A stretch of 64,000 bases of DNA, from assembly GCA_036517195.1 (NCBI GenBank), contig DATDXU010000005.1, positions 4,975-68,974 of the forward strand. Direction: 5' to 3'. This DNA comes from Minisyncoccota bacterium. GTDB lineage: Bacteria; Patescibacteriota; Minisyncoccia; Phycocordibacterales; UBA2100. The position numbers and the translations under genes are program-made. Below the pieces are notes generated by a model that did not search any database, was not told the DNA's origin, and worked only from the letters and a program-made list of their open reading frames with translations. Positions 8,821-18,561 of the stretch are shown in pieces. Every line of letters starts with the position of its first letter. Position 1 is the stretch's first letter.

Positions 8821-10254
8821 ATGGCGAACAAACAAAATGGTGTGCATGCAAAATGCGAAGGCAAGTTAGTGATGATTGGTTTCGGCTCAATCGGGCAGGG
8901 AGTGCTTCCGCTCATACTTCGTCACATAGGTATTGATAAAAAAGACATCACAATCATTAGCGCCGACGGTAAGGGAAAATCAGTTGCAGAAAAAGAAGGC
9001 GTTGAACTTAAACTTTCTCCCCTCAACCCTCAAAATTTTAGAAAAGTACTCGACGAATATCTGGGGCCAGGCCCGGGTGGGTTCGTACTCAACCTTTCCG
9101 TTGACGTTTCATCGGTCAATCTCATTCAATACTGTCAAGAGCGCAAGGCCCTCTATTTAGACACCTGTATTGAGCCGTGGACTGGTGGATATGTAGACCC
9201 AACCCTCACATTTTCCCAGCGCTCCAATTACGGATTGCGCGAAACGGCCCTCGCGCTTCGGGAGAAATATATTGGTGGCTCCACTGCCGTTGTCGCTCAT
9301 GGCGCAAATCCGGGGATTGTGTCTCATTTTCTCAAGCGCGCACTTCTTCAAATTGCTAAAGACACGGAGTATGCGAAAGAGGAGCCGACGAAAAAAGCGG
9401 AGTGGGCGTCGTTGATGAAAGGTCTCGGTATAAAGAGTGTTCACATAGCGGAGTATGATTCGCAAGTTGCAAAAAATCCGAAAAAAATAGGGAGGTTTGA
9501 AAATACGTGGTCTGTCTACGGTTTTCACGCCGAAGGATTGTGCCAGCCGTCGGAATTGGGATGGGGAACGCATGAAAAAGAAATGCCGAAAGGTGCGAGC
9601 GCCCACGACTTCGGTTGTGGTGCTGGTATTTATTTAGACCGGCCAGGTGCCACGACATTGGTGCGCACGTGGACACCGAAGCACGGCAGTTTCAACGGGA
9701 GGGCGGTAACGCACAATGAATCAATTTCCATCGCTGATTTTTATACTATTCGCAGAGGAGATAAGGTTACGTATCGGCCGACGGTTCATTACGCGTATCG
9801 CCCATGTGACGCCGCAATGCTTTCTCTCGAAGAGGCGTTTGGCAACAATTTGAATCTCCAAAACGAACAACTTATTCTTTCGGATGAAATCCAAAGTGGA
9901 ATGGATGAACTCGGGGTACTTCTTATGGGGCACGCGAAAGGTGCATACTGGTACGGCTCACAGCTTACAATTGAAGAAGCAAGAAAACTCGCCCCTTATC
10001 AAAATGCCACGGGACTCCAAGTAACCGCGGGAGTCTTGGCTGGAATGGTGTGGGCGATAGAAAATCCGACTTCGGGAATTGTTGAAGCGGATGATGTTGA
10101 CTACAAACGCGCCATGGAAATCCTTGAGCCGTATATGGGAACGATGGTGGGGGAATATAGTGATTGGACTCCGCTTAAGGGGCGAAGCAGTCTCTTTCCG
10201 GAAGAAGCGGACAGGGAAGATGTGTGGCAGTTCAAAAATTTTCTTGTTGATTAG
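8821..10254 (+). CDS. hss: homospermidine synthase
   Basis: IGFGSIGQG, NLSVDVSS, YLDTCIEPW, HGANPG, NTWSV.GF, THNESISIAD, YRPT.HYAY.PC, QNATGLQV. Confidence 0.93.
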   Translation: MANKQNGVHAKCEGKLVMIGFGSIGQGVLPLILRHIGIDKKDITIISADGKGKSVAEKEGVELKLSPLNPQNFRKVLDEYLGPGPGGFVLNLSVDVSSVNLIQYCQERKALYLDTCIEPWTGGYVDPTLTFSQRSNYGLRETALALREKYIGGSTAVVAHGANPGIVSHFLKRALLQIAKDTEYAKEEPTKKAEWASLMKGLGIKSVHIAEYDSQVAKNPKKIGRFENTWSVYGFHAEGLCQPSELGWGTHEKEMPKGASAHDFGCGAGIYLDRPGATTLVRTWTPKHGSFNGRAVTHNESISIADFYTIRRGDKVTYRPTVHYAYRPCDAAMLSLEEAFGNNLNLQNEQLILSDEIQSGMDELGVLLMGHAKGAYWYGSQLTIEEARKLAPYQNATGLQVTAGVLAGMVWAIENPTSGIVEADDVDYKRAMEILEPYMGTMVGEYSDWTPLKGRSSLFPEEADREDVWQFKNFLVD

Positions 10255-10312
10255 AGTGGGGCGGTATGTTCCATGTCTCTGGATGAGTTTTGGAATGTGT
10301 GAACATACACCG

Positions 10313-10338
10313 TTCTAGCTTTTTGCAAAAAGCTAGAA
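10313..10338. promoter_or_regulatory. perfect 26-bp palindrome abutting TATAAT (10339-10344); putative operator
   Basis: TTCTAGCTTTTTGCAAAAAGCTAGAA; identical copies at 10603-10628 and 58939-58964. Confidence 0.75.
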
Positions 10339-10355
10339 TATAATGACGTACACAT

Positions 10356-10631
10356 ATGGCGCAAGAAAAATATCGCGTGTTGGAACGGATTATAAAAGGT
10401 TTTGCGAACCATCGGCGGCTCGCAATTCTTGATTTGTTGAAAAAGAGGCCAGAGCAGACTCTCGACGATATTGTGGAGACACTCGGCATTGGGTACCAAA
10501 ACGCATCGGATCATGTGCGCAAACTTGCGATTGCGGGTCTCGTGGCAAAGCGTAGTGACGGCTTGAATGTGCGACACAAACTTACGCCACGCGCAGAAAC
10601 CATTCTAGCTTTTTGCAAAAAGCTAGAATAA
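10356..10631 (+). CDS. ArsR-family winged-helix transcriptional regulator
   Basis: KGFANHRRLAILDLL...ASDHVRKLAIAGLV wHTH pattern. Confidence 0.85.
   Translation: MAQEKYRVLERIIKGFANHRRLAILDLLKKRPEQTLDDIVETLGIGYQNASDHVRKLAIAGLVAKRSDGLNVRHKLTPRAETILAFCKKLE
10603..10628. repeat. copy 2 of 26-bp palindrome, encoding the ArsR C-terminus (ILAFCKKLE)
   Basis: exact match to 10313-10338. Confidence 0.9.
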
Positions 10632-10750
10632 GAAACTTTGCATCTCTTTGTTCCGAGGCGTAAAGGATCATTTTTTGTAAGGATGCTTTGTTTCTCTTTC
10701 TCCAGTGATATGATTTTGAGAGGTGGAGTAATGCAAAAAAGAGGTGATCT

Positions 10751-10969
10751 GTGGGCGATACAGTTATGCGTAGAAAATGCGCGCGCAAGAAGTACGGCCG
10801 CGGACAGTGGCTATGCGAGTGCAACGGAAATATTCGGAAGGATAATCAATGCACTGGCATAGGGTGTCTGGAGTATTACGAGCGCATAGGTGGCACAGAT
10901 TCTCCCGCGTACAAGACATTGCTCGCTGCAATTGCGGAAGATGAAAGAGATGACAAGAAACAGTCCTGA
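10751..10969 (+). CDS. small Cys-rich hypothetical protein
   Basis: GAGGTGA SD before GTG; followed by hairpin GCGACCCGC-AGA-GCGGGTCGC plus T-tract (10979-11004). Confidence 0.5.
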   Translation: MGDTVMRRKCARKKYGRGQWLCECNGNIRKDNQCTGIGCLEYYERIGGTDSPAYKTLLAAIAEDERDDKKQS

Positions 10970-11020
10970 TGTGTAACAGCGACCCGCAGAGCGGGTCGCG
11001 TTTTGTAATATAATTGAATT

Positions 11021-11710
11021 ATGGTGCCCTTTGAATACGTGTATATGGTTGGTGCGTCTATGCTCTTTATTCCGTGGGTTATTTTTTTCGTTGTAAGACC
11101 TGACGTGCGGAGAGAAATGCTTGTCATGAGTTTTTTGCTCGGTGTTTTGAGTGTTGTAACTGCGCAGTACTGGTGGACTGTGGATTGGTGGAAACCCGAA
11201 ACGATAACAGGCACGATTGTTGGCATTGAGGATTTTCTGATTGGTTTTGCGAGTGGTGGAATCATGACAGTTGCCTATGAGGTTTTGTTCAGGAAGCGTT
11301 TATACAAAAGTGTTTCTAGCGTACGAGCGCCAGGTCCGTTTACTCTACTGCTGTTACTCGCTTTTATAACCTCATGGTTATTTTGGGCAGCACACCTCAC
11401 TTCTTTTTGGGGAAGCACGCTGGCAATGGCGGCGGTTGCGAGCGTTCTTTTCTATTTTAGAAAGGACCTGTTTTTGAACGCAGTGTTAAGCGGTATTTTA
11501 ATGGCAGGCATCTCGTTACTTTTTTACTTCACAGTCATGTCCCTTTCTCCTGAGTGGATTCCAAAAACATATCAATTTGAAACATTAAGTGGAATTCTTG
11601 TACTCGGTGTTCCTGCGGAGGAGTTTGTATTTTGGTTTCTTGCGGGGCTCGTATTCGGGCCATTCTATGAATATTGGCAAGGTAAAAGAACAAGGAATAT
11701 CAGTACATAG
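11021..11710 (+). CDS. lycopene cyclase-domain membrane protein
   Basis: two repeats of TM-TM-W...G..I.G.P/G.EE/ED F.F pattern. Confidence 0.7.
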   Translation: MVPFEYVYMVGASMLFIPWVIFFVVRPDVRREMLVMSFLLGVLSVVTAQYWWTVDWWKPETITGTIVGIEDFLIGFASGGIMTVAYEVLFRKRLYKSVSSVRAPGPFTLLLLLAFITSWLFWAAHLTSFWGSTLAMAAVASVLFYFRKDLFLNAVLSGILMAGISLLFYFTVMSLSPEWIPKTYQFETLSGILVLGVPAEEFVFWFLAGLVFGPFYEYWQGKRTRNIST

Positions 11711-11713
11711 CAT

Positions 11714-12145
11714 ATGAAAAAGACCATTTCAATACTGGTACTCGCGTGCGCAGTCTTCGCTCTGTGGTATTTTTTGTCTGACGCACCAGGCAATGACTCG
11801 CGGGTAGTGTATGTGAATAGTTCTGCCGATCTTATTCGTGTTGAGGGGCCCTTGCCCGACGATTCTCTTGGCAAGACATTTACAGTTGAGGGCGAAGCTC
11901 GAGGGTTCTGGTTTTTTGAAAATTCTTTTCCCGTTGAAGTTCTCGATGCAAACGGTGTTGTCATTGGACGGGGACTCGGCGCAAGTAGTGAGGAATGGAT
12001 GACGGAGAATTTCATACCGTTTACGGCTCCTGTGGAAATTGTCGGTGAATATACGGGACAGGCAACACTTGTGCTCAAAAAAGACAATCCTTCCGGTGAT
12101 CCTGATCGAGACGCGTCGGTGTCTTTTGTGGTGTCGATATATTAA
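11714..12145 (+). CDS. Gmad2 immunoglobulin-like domain protein
   Basis: V.GEARG.WFFE.SFPV.V.D.NG, WMTE.F.PF, LVLKKDNPSG. Confidence 0.8.
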   Translation: MKKTISILVLACAVFALWYFLSDAPGNDSRVVYVNSSADLIRVEGPLPDDSLGKTFTVEGEARGFWFFENSFPVEVLDANGVVIGRGLGASSEEWMTENFIPFTAPVEIVGEYTGQATLVLKKDNPSGDPDRDASVSFVVSIY

Positions 12146-12183
12146 CCAAAACGAGGGCTACTTTTTGTTGTATACTGGACACT

Positions 12184-12504
12184 ATGACACTGGAAGATGG
12201 AATATCGAGGCAGGGGCGCGTGCGCCCTATTGAGCATGGGGAAGAGCGCATCGCATTTTCCGCACTTAGGTATAGGGGAGAAATCTTCACTGGCGCAAAT
12301 CACGGCGATGCACTCATTGATCTTGAGGAGACACACCCAGATTTTGTGGGACGGGAAGTTGATGATGGTTTTACTACTTCTAGTGGGAGGTTTGTGGACA
12401 GAGTTGAGGCGTATACAATTGCGCGCAGTCAAGGCCAGCTGAAGCAGCGGTTTATTAGCTACAAAGGGGAGGGTGATTTAGACAGCAATTACCTACTTTC
12501 CTAG
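12184..12504 (+). CDS. hypothetical protein (family recalled from phage genomes)
   Basis: H...GFTTSSGRFVDR.EA..IA...GQ...LDS motif. Confidence 0.65.
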   Translation: MTLEDGISRQGRVRPIEHGEERIAFSALRYRGEIFTGANHGDALIDLEETHPDFVGREVDDGFTTSSGRFVDRVEAYTIARSQGQLKQRFISYKGEGDLDSNYLLS

Positions 12505-12539
12505 CTTATTGCGAAGTAGTGTTTTAAAATACAACATAT

Positions 12540-12998
12540 ATGCCACGAACATTAGTTGTGATAATTGGTCTTGTCTTGGTGGGAGGGGGTTTGTATATAT
12601 GGTCTTCTGGCTCTTGGGTGGGGAGCACGAAAGTAGATGATACAAAAATCGGTGGGGGTGTCGTTGTTTCTCAAGCGGCGGGGTTGTATGGCGCGTATGA
12701 AGCGTATGCGCCGGAGAAACTTATGCGCGCGAGCGCGGAGAGATCCGTCGTTTTGTTTTTTCGCGCCGACTGGTGTCCGACATGTCGAGCGCTTGACGCG
12801 GACATTCGTTCAAAACTTGAAACAATTCCACAAAACGTGAGCATTTTGTACCTCAATTACGACACAGAAACGGCTCTCAAACAGAAATATGGCGTCACCT
12901 ATCAGCACACGCTAGTGCAGGTTGATGCCGAGGGAAACCAGATTGTTAAGTGGAGCAAATCTCCAACACTTGAAGATGTGCTGCTGAACATCAAATAG
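12540..12998 (+). CDS. membrane-anchored thioredoxin-family protein
   Basis: N-terminal TM; FFRADWCPTC; KYGVTYQHT. Confidence 0.88.
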   Translation: MPRTLVVIIGLVLVGGGLYIWSSGSWVGSTKVDDTKIGGGVVVSQAAGLYGAYEAYAPEKLMRASAERSVVLFFRADWCPTCRALDADIRSKLETIPQNVSILYLNYDTETALKQKYGVTYQHTLVQVDAEGNQIVKWSKSPTLEDVLLNIK

Positions 12999-13003
12999 GT
13001 AGC

Positions 13004-13729
13004 ATGGCGTTTCTTATCATTTCGTTCATCGCGGGTGTCTTGACGGTTCTTGCTCCCTGCATTCTTCCGCTTTTGCCTGTTGTTATCGGCTCTTCCGCCA
13101 CAGGCAGGAGCAAAACCACTCCGTATATTGTCGTCGGCTCGCTCTCTGTTTCAATAATTCTTTTCACCTATGTTCTTAAGGCATCAACGGTGTTCATTAT
13201 GGTGCCTCCATATGTGTGGACGTATCTTTCCGGAGGCATTCTCGTTGCGTTTGGACTTTTTCTTGCTTTTCCAGCCCTATGGGAGAGTATGCCGGGACTT
13301 TCGAAATTCGCCGGGGATTCAAACAAATTTGTCGGTGCTGGGTATCAGCGCAAAAGTTTTTGGGGCGACGTGTTAATTGGCGCGGGGTTGGGTCCCGTGT
13401 TCACGAGCTGTTCGCCGACATACTTTGTAATTCTTGCCTCGGTATTGCCTGCTAGCTTTGCGCTTGGCACGGCGTACTTGTTTGCTTACGTGCTTGGGCT
13501 TGGGCTCGTTCTTCTTCTCGTGGCACTTCTGGGCGAACGGTTTGCGAATCGGTTGAGTATTCTGTCTGACTCTCGCGGACTGTTGAAGCGAGGGGTCGGC
13601 GTTCTTTTCATTCTCATTGGTATTGCGATTGCGACAGGGTATGAGAAGAGGATAGAGGTTGCAATTCTGGATGCGGGCTGGTTTGATATCACAAAGGTTG
13701 AGCGTGCCTTATTAGAAAAAATTCAATAA
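13004..13729 (+). CDS. CcdA/DsbD-type transmembrane disulfide transporter
   Basis: AGVLTVLAPCILPLLP and SCSP cysteines; multiple TMs. Confidence 0.88.
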   Translation: MAFLIISFIAGVLTVLAPCILPLLPVVIGSSATGRSKTTPYIVVGSLSVSIILFTYVLKASTVFIMVPPYVWTYLSGGILVAFGLFLAFPALWESMPGLSKFAGDSNKFVGAGYQRKSFWGDVLIGAGLGPVFTSCSPTYFVILASVLPASFALGTAYLFAYVLGLGLVLLLVALLGERFANRLSILSDSRGLLKRGVGVLFILIGIAIATGYEKRIEVAILDAGWFDITKVERALLEKIQ

Positions 13730-13732
13730 TAT

Positions 13733-14800
13733 ATGCGCATGGAATACGCGATTGGTTTATTGGTATTGGTGGTGGCGGGTGTTGGGCTCGCGATTTTGTA
13801 CACCCCCGTGTCTCCTAAGGCATCTAAGGGTTCTCCCTCTAGTGTTGCCAAGCAACAAGGGGACCCTTACAGAGAAATAGCAAACCCTGCTGGATTTGTG
13901 AACACGGACGGCATAACGATAAAAGAGTTGGTCGGCACAAAAGTCATTATTGTTGATTTTATGACGTACAGCTGTATCAACTGCCAGCGCACATTTCCGT
14001 ATTTGAACGCGTGGTACAAAAAATACAAAGACCAGGGTCTTGAAATCGTTGGGATTCACACGCCAGAGTTTGCGTTTGAAAAAAACATAGACAATGTGCG
14101 CGATGCGATGAAACGATTTGGCATTATGCATCCGGTTGTTTTAGACAACGACTATGGGACATGGAACGCATATGGGAACAGGTACTGGCCAAATAAATAT
14201 GTAATCGATATACACGGAAATATTGTGTACAGTCATGCTGGTGAAGGTGCATACGAGGAAACAGAGATGAAAATTCAGGAACTTCTTCGTGAGCGGGCTG
14301 AAGTTCTCGGCAGCTCCGTTGCCTTCGCTGGCGAGCTTGCTTCGTCTGACATGCCGCCTTTAAAAAATTTCGCGCGCAGTCCGGAAACGTATTTCGGGGC
14401 GTGGCGCAATGAGTATTTTGCAAACGGGATGCCGGGGAGGGAGGGTGAGCAGACACATGCGCTTCCGGATACGCTTATGCGCAATGCTCTGTATTTGGAT
14501 GGCACATGGAATATTGAGGACCAGTTTGCGGAATCGGTCAGAGATTCCAGCGTATTCTATCGTTACAATGCGGGGGATGTATTTATTGTCGCTGATGCGG
14601 ACAATCCTATTTCTGTAGAAGTATTTCAAGACGGAAAGCGAATAGACGTTGCTGCGGGTGCAGATGTTAGGGACGGAATTGTCACTATGCAAGAGAGTCG
14701 ATTGTACAAGTTGATTCACAACCGAGAGCCAGGAGAACACACGCTCGAACTTCGTGTCGGAGGAAAAGGGTTGCGTTTCTATGCATTTACGTTCGGGTGA
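13733..14800 (+). CDS. DipZ-like redoxin (thioredoxin fold plus C-terminal beta domain)
   Basis: DFMTYSCINCQRT, GIHTPEFAFEK, N.YWP, SPETYFG, C-terminal YAFTFG. Confidence 0.85.
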   Translation: MRMEYAIGLLVLVVAGVGLAILYTPVSPKASKGSPSSVAKQQGDPYREIANPAGFVNTDGITIKELVGTKVIIVDFMTYSCINCQRTFPYLNAWYKKYKDQGLEIVGIHTPEFAFEKNIDNVRDAMKRFGIMHPVVLDNDYGTWNAYGNRYWPNKYVIDIHGNIVYSHAGEGAYEETEMKIQELLRERAEVLGSSVAFAGELASSDMPPLKNFARSPETYFGAWRNEYFANGMPGREGEQTHALPDTLMRNALYLDGTWNIEDQFAESVRDSSVFYRYNAGDVFIVADADNPISVEVFQDGKRIDVAAGADVRDGIVTMQESRLYKLIHNREPGEHTLELRVGGKGLRFYAFTFG

Positions 14801-14831
14801 TTTAAAGCACTCTCTGGTGTAGTATCAATAG

Positions 14832-16652
14832 ATGTGCGGCATATTTGCATATACGGGTTCAAAAGAAGCCGGAAAACTTCTCTTGAACGGTCTTTCTTCA
14901 CTCGAGTATCGTGGGTATGATTCGGCAGGAATTTTTATGCCGGAAAGCGGTTCTGTACGAGCGAAGGGCGCAGTAGCAGAACTTAAGAAAAAAATACCAA
15001 AAAATTTTCGTGGCACAAGCGGTATTGCACATTTACGTTGGGCAACACACGGGGCACCCACGGAAGGAAATGCGCATCCACACACGGATTGTCGCGGTGA
15101 GATTTGGATAGCGCACAATGGCATTGTTGAGAATTTTAAAGAACTCAAAGACAAGCTGATTCAAAACGGGCACAGCTTTACATCGGAGACGGACACGGAA
15201 GTCATTGCGCACTTGACTGAAGAATATCTTGCAAAAACACATGATTTTAAAAAGGCGCTTTTGGCGGCACTGGGACTCGTGCGCGGAACGTATGGCATTG
15301 TGGCGCAGTATAAGAAGGAGCCGGAGCGTATTATTGCGGCGCGCATGGGTTCTCCTGTTGTGTTGGGAGTCGGAACACGAGAACGTTTCATAGCATCCGA
15401 CCCATCGCCGATCATTCCTCACACAAAGAAAGTAATCTTTCTTGAAGATGGGGAGGCTGCTCTGATAACCCCACGTTCGCATTCTATCTTTAAGCTAGAC
15501 GCTACACGTGTGAAGCGTGCAACTACACGGATTGATTGGAGTGCAAAAAAAGTACAAAAGGGCGGTTTTGAGCATTTTATGTTGAAAGAAATTTTGGAAG
15601 GACCAGAGGTTTTGGAAAATACACTTCGCGGTCGACTCGTCGCGCACAAGGGAATGGCAAAATTGGGCGGGTTGGAGGCGGTTGCGAAAAAATTGAGAGC
15701 AATAGAGCGCATTATTATTGTTGCATGTGGCACCGCGTACTACGCGGGACTTGCGGGGGAGTATATGCTGGAAGAGCATGCTGGTATTCCTGTTGAAGTG
15801 GAACTGGGAAGTGAGTTTCGCTATCGCGCGCCCGTTTTGAATCAGCGCACTGCCGTTTTAGCAATTTCACAATCAGGTGAAACGGCCGACACCCTCGCCG
15901 CTATTCGCGAAGGGAAGAAACGCGGGGCACTAACGCTCGGTATCGTGAATGCGGTCGGCTCAACTATTGCGCGCGAAACAGACGCCGGTGTGTATAACCA
16001 CGCGGGGCCCGAAATGGGTGTTGCTTCTACCAAGGCGCTTGTTTCTCAACTTGCGGCGCTCGCGCTCTTCACTTTGTTTTTTGGTCGTGAGCGCGGCATG
16101 TCGTTAAAAACAGGGCGTGAGATTGCTAAGGAACTTATAGAGATTCCTAAAAAACTCGGGCACATTCTTTCCGATAGGGCGCATATTGAAAAACTCGCAA
16201 AAAAATACAAGTATGCGCGTGATTTTTTGTTCATTGGCCGCAGATACAATTACCCTGTAGCGCTCGAAGGAGCCATTAAGCTCAAAGAAATTTCATACAT
16301 ACACGCGGAAGGGTATGCGTCCGGTGAGATGAAGCATGGGCCACTCGCGATGATTGACGAAAAATTTCCCACATTTGCGCTCGCCCCGTCCGACAGTGTG
16401 TACGAAAAGAATCTTTCAAACATACACGAACTTCGGGCGCGTAAGGGGCCAGTCGTTGCACTTGCGACCGAAGGGAATAAAGACATTGCCGAAATTGCTG
16501 ACGATGTTATATATGTGCCGAAGACACTGGAAATGCTCTCACCGATTTTGAATGTCGTGCCACTGCAACTTTTTGCGTACTACTTTTCCAAACAAAAAGG
16601 ATACAATCCCGACCGTCCTCGCAATCTCGCGAAATCCGTTACCGTTGAGTAG
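14832..16652 (+). CDS. glmS: glutamine-fructose-6-phosphate transaminase
   Basis: MCGI, LEYRGYDSAG, HLRWATHG, SQSGETADT, PRNLAKSVTVE. Confidence 0.98.
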   Translation: MCGIFAYTGSKEAGKLLLNGLSSLEYRGYDSAGIFMPESGSVRAKGAVAELKKKIPKNFRGTSGIAHLRWATHGAPTEGNAHPHTDCRGEIWIAHNGIVENFKELKDKLIQNGHSFTSETDTEVIAHLTEEYLAKTHDFKKALLAALGLVRGTYGIVAQYKKEPERIIAARMGSPVVLGVGTRERFIASDPSPIIPHTKKVIFLEDGEAALITPRSHSIFKLDATRVKRATTRIDWSAKKVQKGGFEHFMLKEILEGPEVLENTLRGRLVAHKGMAKLGGLEAVAKKLRAIERIIIVACGTAYYAGLAGEYMLEEHAGIPVEVELGSEFRYRAPVLNQRTAVLAISQSGETADTLAAIREGKKRGALTLGIVNAVGSTIARETDAGVYNHAGPEMGVASTKALVSQLAALALFTLFFGRERGMSLKTGREIAKELIEIPKKLGHILSDRAHIEKLAKKYKYARDFLFIGRRYNYPVALEGAIKLKEISYIHAEGYASGEMKHGPLAMIDEKFPTFALAPSDSVYEKNLSNIHELRARKGPVVALATEGNKDIAEIADDVIYVPKTLEMLSPILNVVPLQLFAYYFSKQKGYNPDRPRNLAKSVTVE

Positions 16653-16654
16653 CT

Positions 16655-17707
16655 CTAAATAGATTCAATCTTTTCCCACGATCTGTCCGTCACTCCGAAG
16701 TGTCCGTATGAGGCGGTGTTTTGGAATATGGGGCGCGTGAGTCCGAGGCGTTCAATGATTGCGCGTGGGCGGAAATCAAAATGTTTCTGCATTACATCTG
16801 AAAGATTTTTCCCGTCCTCATTATATGCTTCAAGCATGACTGGCTCGGAGCGTCCGATTGCGTAGGCGACTGCAACGAGCACTCGTTTTCCGTATTCGTT
16901 TGCCACTAAATTCTTTGCGGCAAAACGGGACATGTATGCGGCGGAACGGTCCACTTTTGTCGCATCTTTTCCAGAAAATGCTCCTCCGCCGTGAGGAAAG
17001 AGTCCACCATATGTATCAACCATAATTTTTCTTCCGGTCAGTCCGGCGTCTGCCGTGAATCCGCCGAGCACGAAGCGTCCTGTCGGATTTACCAAAATTT
17101 CAATATCATCTAACGAGCCAAGAATTGGCTCAAAAAGGTGCTTTTTTAGGGATGTTCGTATTTCTTCAAGAGAAACCTCTTCCGCATGTTGCGCGCTTGA
17201 GAGTGCAGTTGCGACACGTCCGTCTTCTATCGTTATCTGCGTTTTACCGTCAGGTTTAAGCCATGGCAAAGTACCATCTCGTCGGAGTGCTTCTAATCGT
17301 CTGGCAAGTCCGTGAGCGAGCACTGTACCCCTTGGCATGTATTCCGGTGTTTCATCGGTTGCATATCCATACATCATGCCTTGGTCGCCGGCGCCTCCAG
17401 TGTCTACCCCCATCGCAATGTCGCCCGATTGTTTTGCCACATGCACGAGTACTTTTAAATCGTTTGGGTAGCCGATTTTTTCATACACATCACGGGCGAT
17501 CGCTTCATAGTCAACCTCTGCGTTTGTGCGGAGTTCTCCTCCGATGACCAGCGTTCCGTGACTTCCAAATGTTTCAATTGCGACACGGCTCGCCGGGTCC
17601 TGTTCCAAACACGCGTCTAGAATCGCATCTGAAATTTGGTCGCACACTTTGTCTGGGTGTCCAGATGTTACGCTTTCCGTCGTGTACCTCTTAAATAAAT
17701 GAATCAT
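16655..17707 (-). CDS. metK: S-adenosylmethionine synthetase
   Basis: ESVTSGHPDK.CDQISD, GAGDQG, GLTGRKI.VDTYGG, GGGAFSGKD.TKVDRS. Confidence 0.97.
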   Translation of the reverse strand: MIHLFKRYTTESVTSGHPDKVCDQISDAILDACLEQDPASRVAIETFGSHGTLVIGGELRTNAEVDYEAIARDVYEKIGYPNDLKVLVHVAKQSGDIAMGVDTGGAGDQGMMYGYATDETPEYMPRGTVLAHGLARRLEALRRDGTLPWLKPDGKTQITIEDGRVATALSSAQHAEEVSLEEIRTSLKKHLFEPILGSLDDIEILVNPTGRFVLGGFTADAGLTGRKIMVDTYGGLFPHGGGAFSGKDATKVDRSAAYMSRFAAKNLVANEYGKRVLVAVAYAIGRSEPVMLEAYNEDGKNLSDVMQKHFDFRPRAIIERLGLTRPIFQNTASYGHFGVTDRSWEKIESI

Positions 17708-17755
17708 GTGTGTATAGAACCGAATAATCTCCCCTCGGGGAGATTATTAATAAAA

Positions 17756-17866
17756 ATATCATTCCCTGTCGGGCTGGTTGTAGCACTTTATCCTGAGCTT
17801 ATCGAAGGACGAGCTTGAACAAGTTGCCGGTGGGTCGGAGCCAGTACTCTCACCACACTCTTGATA
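17756..17866 (-). ncRNA. SAM riboswitch (SAM-I or SAM-I/IV-like) upstream of metK
   Basis: minus strand ATCAAGAG..GAGAG.ACTGGCTC..GGCAAC..GTGCT..CCAGCCCGACAGGGAATGAT; downstream hairpin AATAATCTCCCC/GGGGAGATTATT at 17723-17748. Confidence 0.8.
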
Positions 17867-17952
17867 CAGTATTCAGTTGTGTGTTCATCGTAGCAGTGTC
17901 ATTTCGAAAGTGCAAGTAAGGGGGGCGCTGATAACTGGCGCCCCCATACTAC

Positions 17953-18504
17953 TCACTCACTTTTCGGCGGGGGGAGTGGGATTACTCCGAGGAGCATGTG
18001 CTCTTGCCTTCCATACTGCCGACGAGAACCTGACATTGTATGGAAAAACTTTCGATATATCTTGTTGACAGGATTATCTTCTGCCGTCCACACAATGATG
18101 GTCGCGTGATTGACATGTGCAGTCTCAACGGTATCAGGTTCAACACAGCAGTGTTTATTTGTGTTGCGCACCCATGTTCCGACGCTCGGAAGACTTTGTT
18201 CTACGAGAGTTGAGGCAACGCCCTGATTACGATACTGCGTGCCGACCGCAAGTTGCTCAAGTTCCACTACGGGCTTTTTTCGATTCCATCCACCCTTTAT
18301 TTCCCACACGATGTATCCAGCGACAGCCCCGTCAATTTCTGCGACGCGGATGTCGAACACTGGGTCGAGGAACCTTGCTTTCAACCACTCAAAAGCGGAT
18401 CCAATGTCAGCGTTACCGGCAAAGCATTCTTGATTTATGTATGCCAAAAAATCCAGATCTTTTATACACGCCGGTAGCACAAGGATTCTTTTTTTGTCGG
18501 TCAT
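17953..18504 (-). CDS. GNAT-family N-acetyltransferase
   Basis: LEQLAV...YRNQGVASTL acetyl-CoA motif; GAGGT SD. Confidence 0.8.
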   Translation of the reverse strand: MTDKKRILVLPACIKDLDFLAYINQECFAGNADIGSAFEWLKARFLDPVFDIRVAEIDGAVAGYIVWEIKGGWNRKKPVVELEQLAVGTQYRNQGVASTLVEQSLPSVGTWVRNTNKHCCVEPDTVETAHVNHATIIVWTAEDNPVNKIYRKFFHTMSGSRRQYGRQEHMLLGVIPLPPPKSE

Positions 18505-18561
18505 CGGTAACCTCACTCTATGTGATTTCTATGATGCAGAATACATTTTTTATCTCCACAA

